Origin: Haliotis cracherodii
Lineage: Eukaryota
Length of the DNA stretch: 64,000 nt
Assembly: GCF_022045235.1 (NCBI RefSeq)
Contig: NW_027266286.1
Location: 70,866,001-70,930,000 of the forward strand
Direction: 5' to 3'
Shown here: positions 63,115-64,000 of the stretch, in pieces
Position numbering within the stretch: position 1 is the first letter of the stretch
Layout of the letters: every line of letters starts with the position of its first letter
Notes under the pieces: generated by a model
What the model saw: the letters and a program-made list of their open reading frames with translations, nothing else
The model's database searches: none
Told to the model about the DNA's origin: nothing
Program-made: the position numbers and the translations under genes

Positions 63115-63859
63115 GACAAAGTAGGACGGGAGCCATATATGAATTGTGGCAATTCAAGTGATATACTACAACCGTTTCAATACTTGTTACAAGAGCTTCA
63201 GGCATAGTCTTCAAAGAGGGCAGTACAGCGGTGATAACATTGTCATATAGGTAAGTCGTGCCGAGAAGGTTCAGATAAATGCTGTAAAAATACGGCCATT
63301 TGCATTAAATATATTTTGATTGCTCATACTGTCGACGACTATCATCTCATCTTGACGGATGTCAATGCATCACCTCAAAACAGCTCATATATTGTGTAAT
63401 ATTACACCATCTAAAACGGTAGCCTACATATTAGAGACACAATAATGATCTCAAACAAACAGAAATATCTGCCTCAGGTGATTAACTCTCACATTGACTG
63501 ATGTGGATACTCTCAATAATAATAATAGCACAAAGAAAATGATAATTTCCTGACATGTTTTGACATTTTAGGCTTGTTTGATTGATCAGATGCATTATCA
63601 TTACACCGTGTTTGCTGAAATATATACATGCAGTGACTCACTTTGGATGAATCATAGTACAGAAGGGTTAGGAAGATTGAACTGTAGGAAAAACAAATGC
63701 GAAACGTGCTCGATAACAAAATCAGGGACAAAACTGTTGTGCGTAAACAATTGGAAATAATAACTGATGTATATTTATTGGAAAAATTACTCTTCATCCA
63801 GGCTGAAAATATTTTTGTGTTTGTAAGAGAGGCAATGCATTGCTTGCAGATGTTCTGAA

Positions 63860-64000
63860 ATTGTCATTGATGATGGCTATGTTTTGGCTGTGTGGGATAT
63901 TTTGAGGCGAAATCTAACGGCGATATTGTCATTGATGATGGTTATGTTTTAGCTGTGTGGGATATTTTGTGGCGGAATCTAACGGCGATAATGCCATTGA
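63860..64000. repeat. 65-bp tandem repeat running off the window end
   Basis: TTGTCATTGATGATGG.TATGTTTT.GCTGTGTGGGATATTTTG.GGCG.AATCTAACGGCGATA at 63861 and 63926; third copy starting ~63991. Confidence 0.8.

Overview
AT-rich, repeat-rich animal genomic DNA with spliceosomal introns and two N gaps. The SINE repertoire suggests a mollusc, possibly a gastropod such as abalone (inference only). There are two gene systems. (1) A minus-strand SAMD9/SAMD9L-family gene (about 9.9-20.0 kb). Manual splicing joins an upstream CARD exon and a two-exon winged-helix (RFX-like) module, split by a consensus U12-type minor intron, in frame to the 4.7-kb SAM-AlbA_2-Sir2-like-STAND-TPR-OB exon (predicted ~1794 aa). 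Its AlbA_2 nuclease motif looks degenerate. (2) From ~32.4 kb, a tandem cluster A1>-<B1-A2>-<B2-A3> (~11.9-kb period) of five five-exon genes encoding two distantly paralogous secreted Spaetzle/NGF-like cystine-knot proteins. B and A sit head-to-head on a ~0.6-kb bidirectional promoter, and A2 is a mosaic of A3 (5') and A1 (3'). The rest is at least four SINE families, a dead Tc1 element, MITEs, LINE/Penelope/MULE fragments and micro/minisatellites, two of which appear to have arisen from SINE sequence. All gene models were read by eye and have no expression support.
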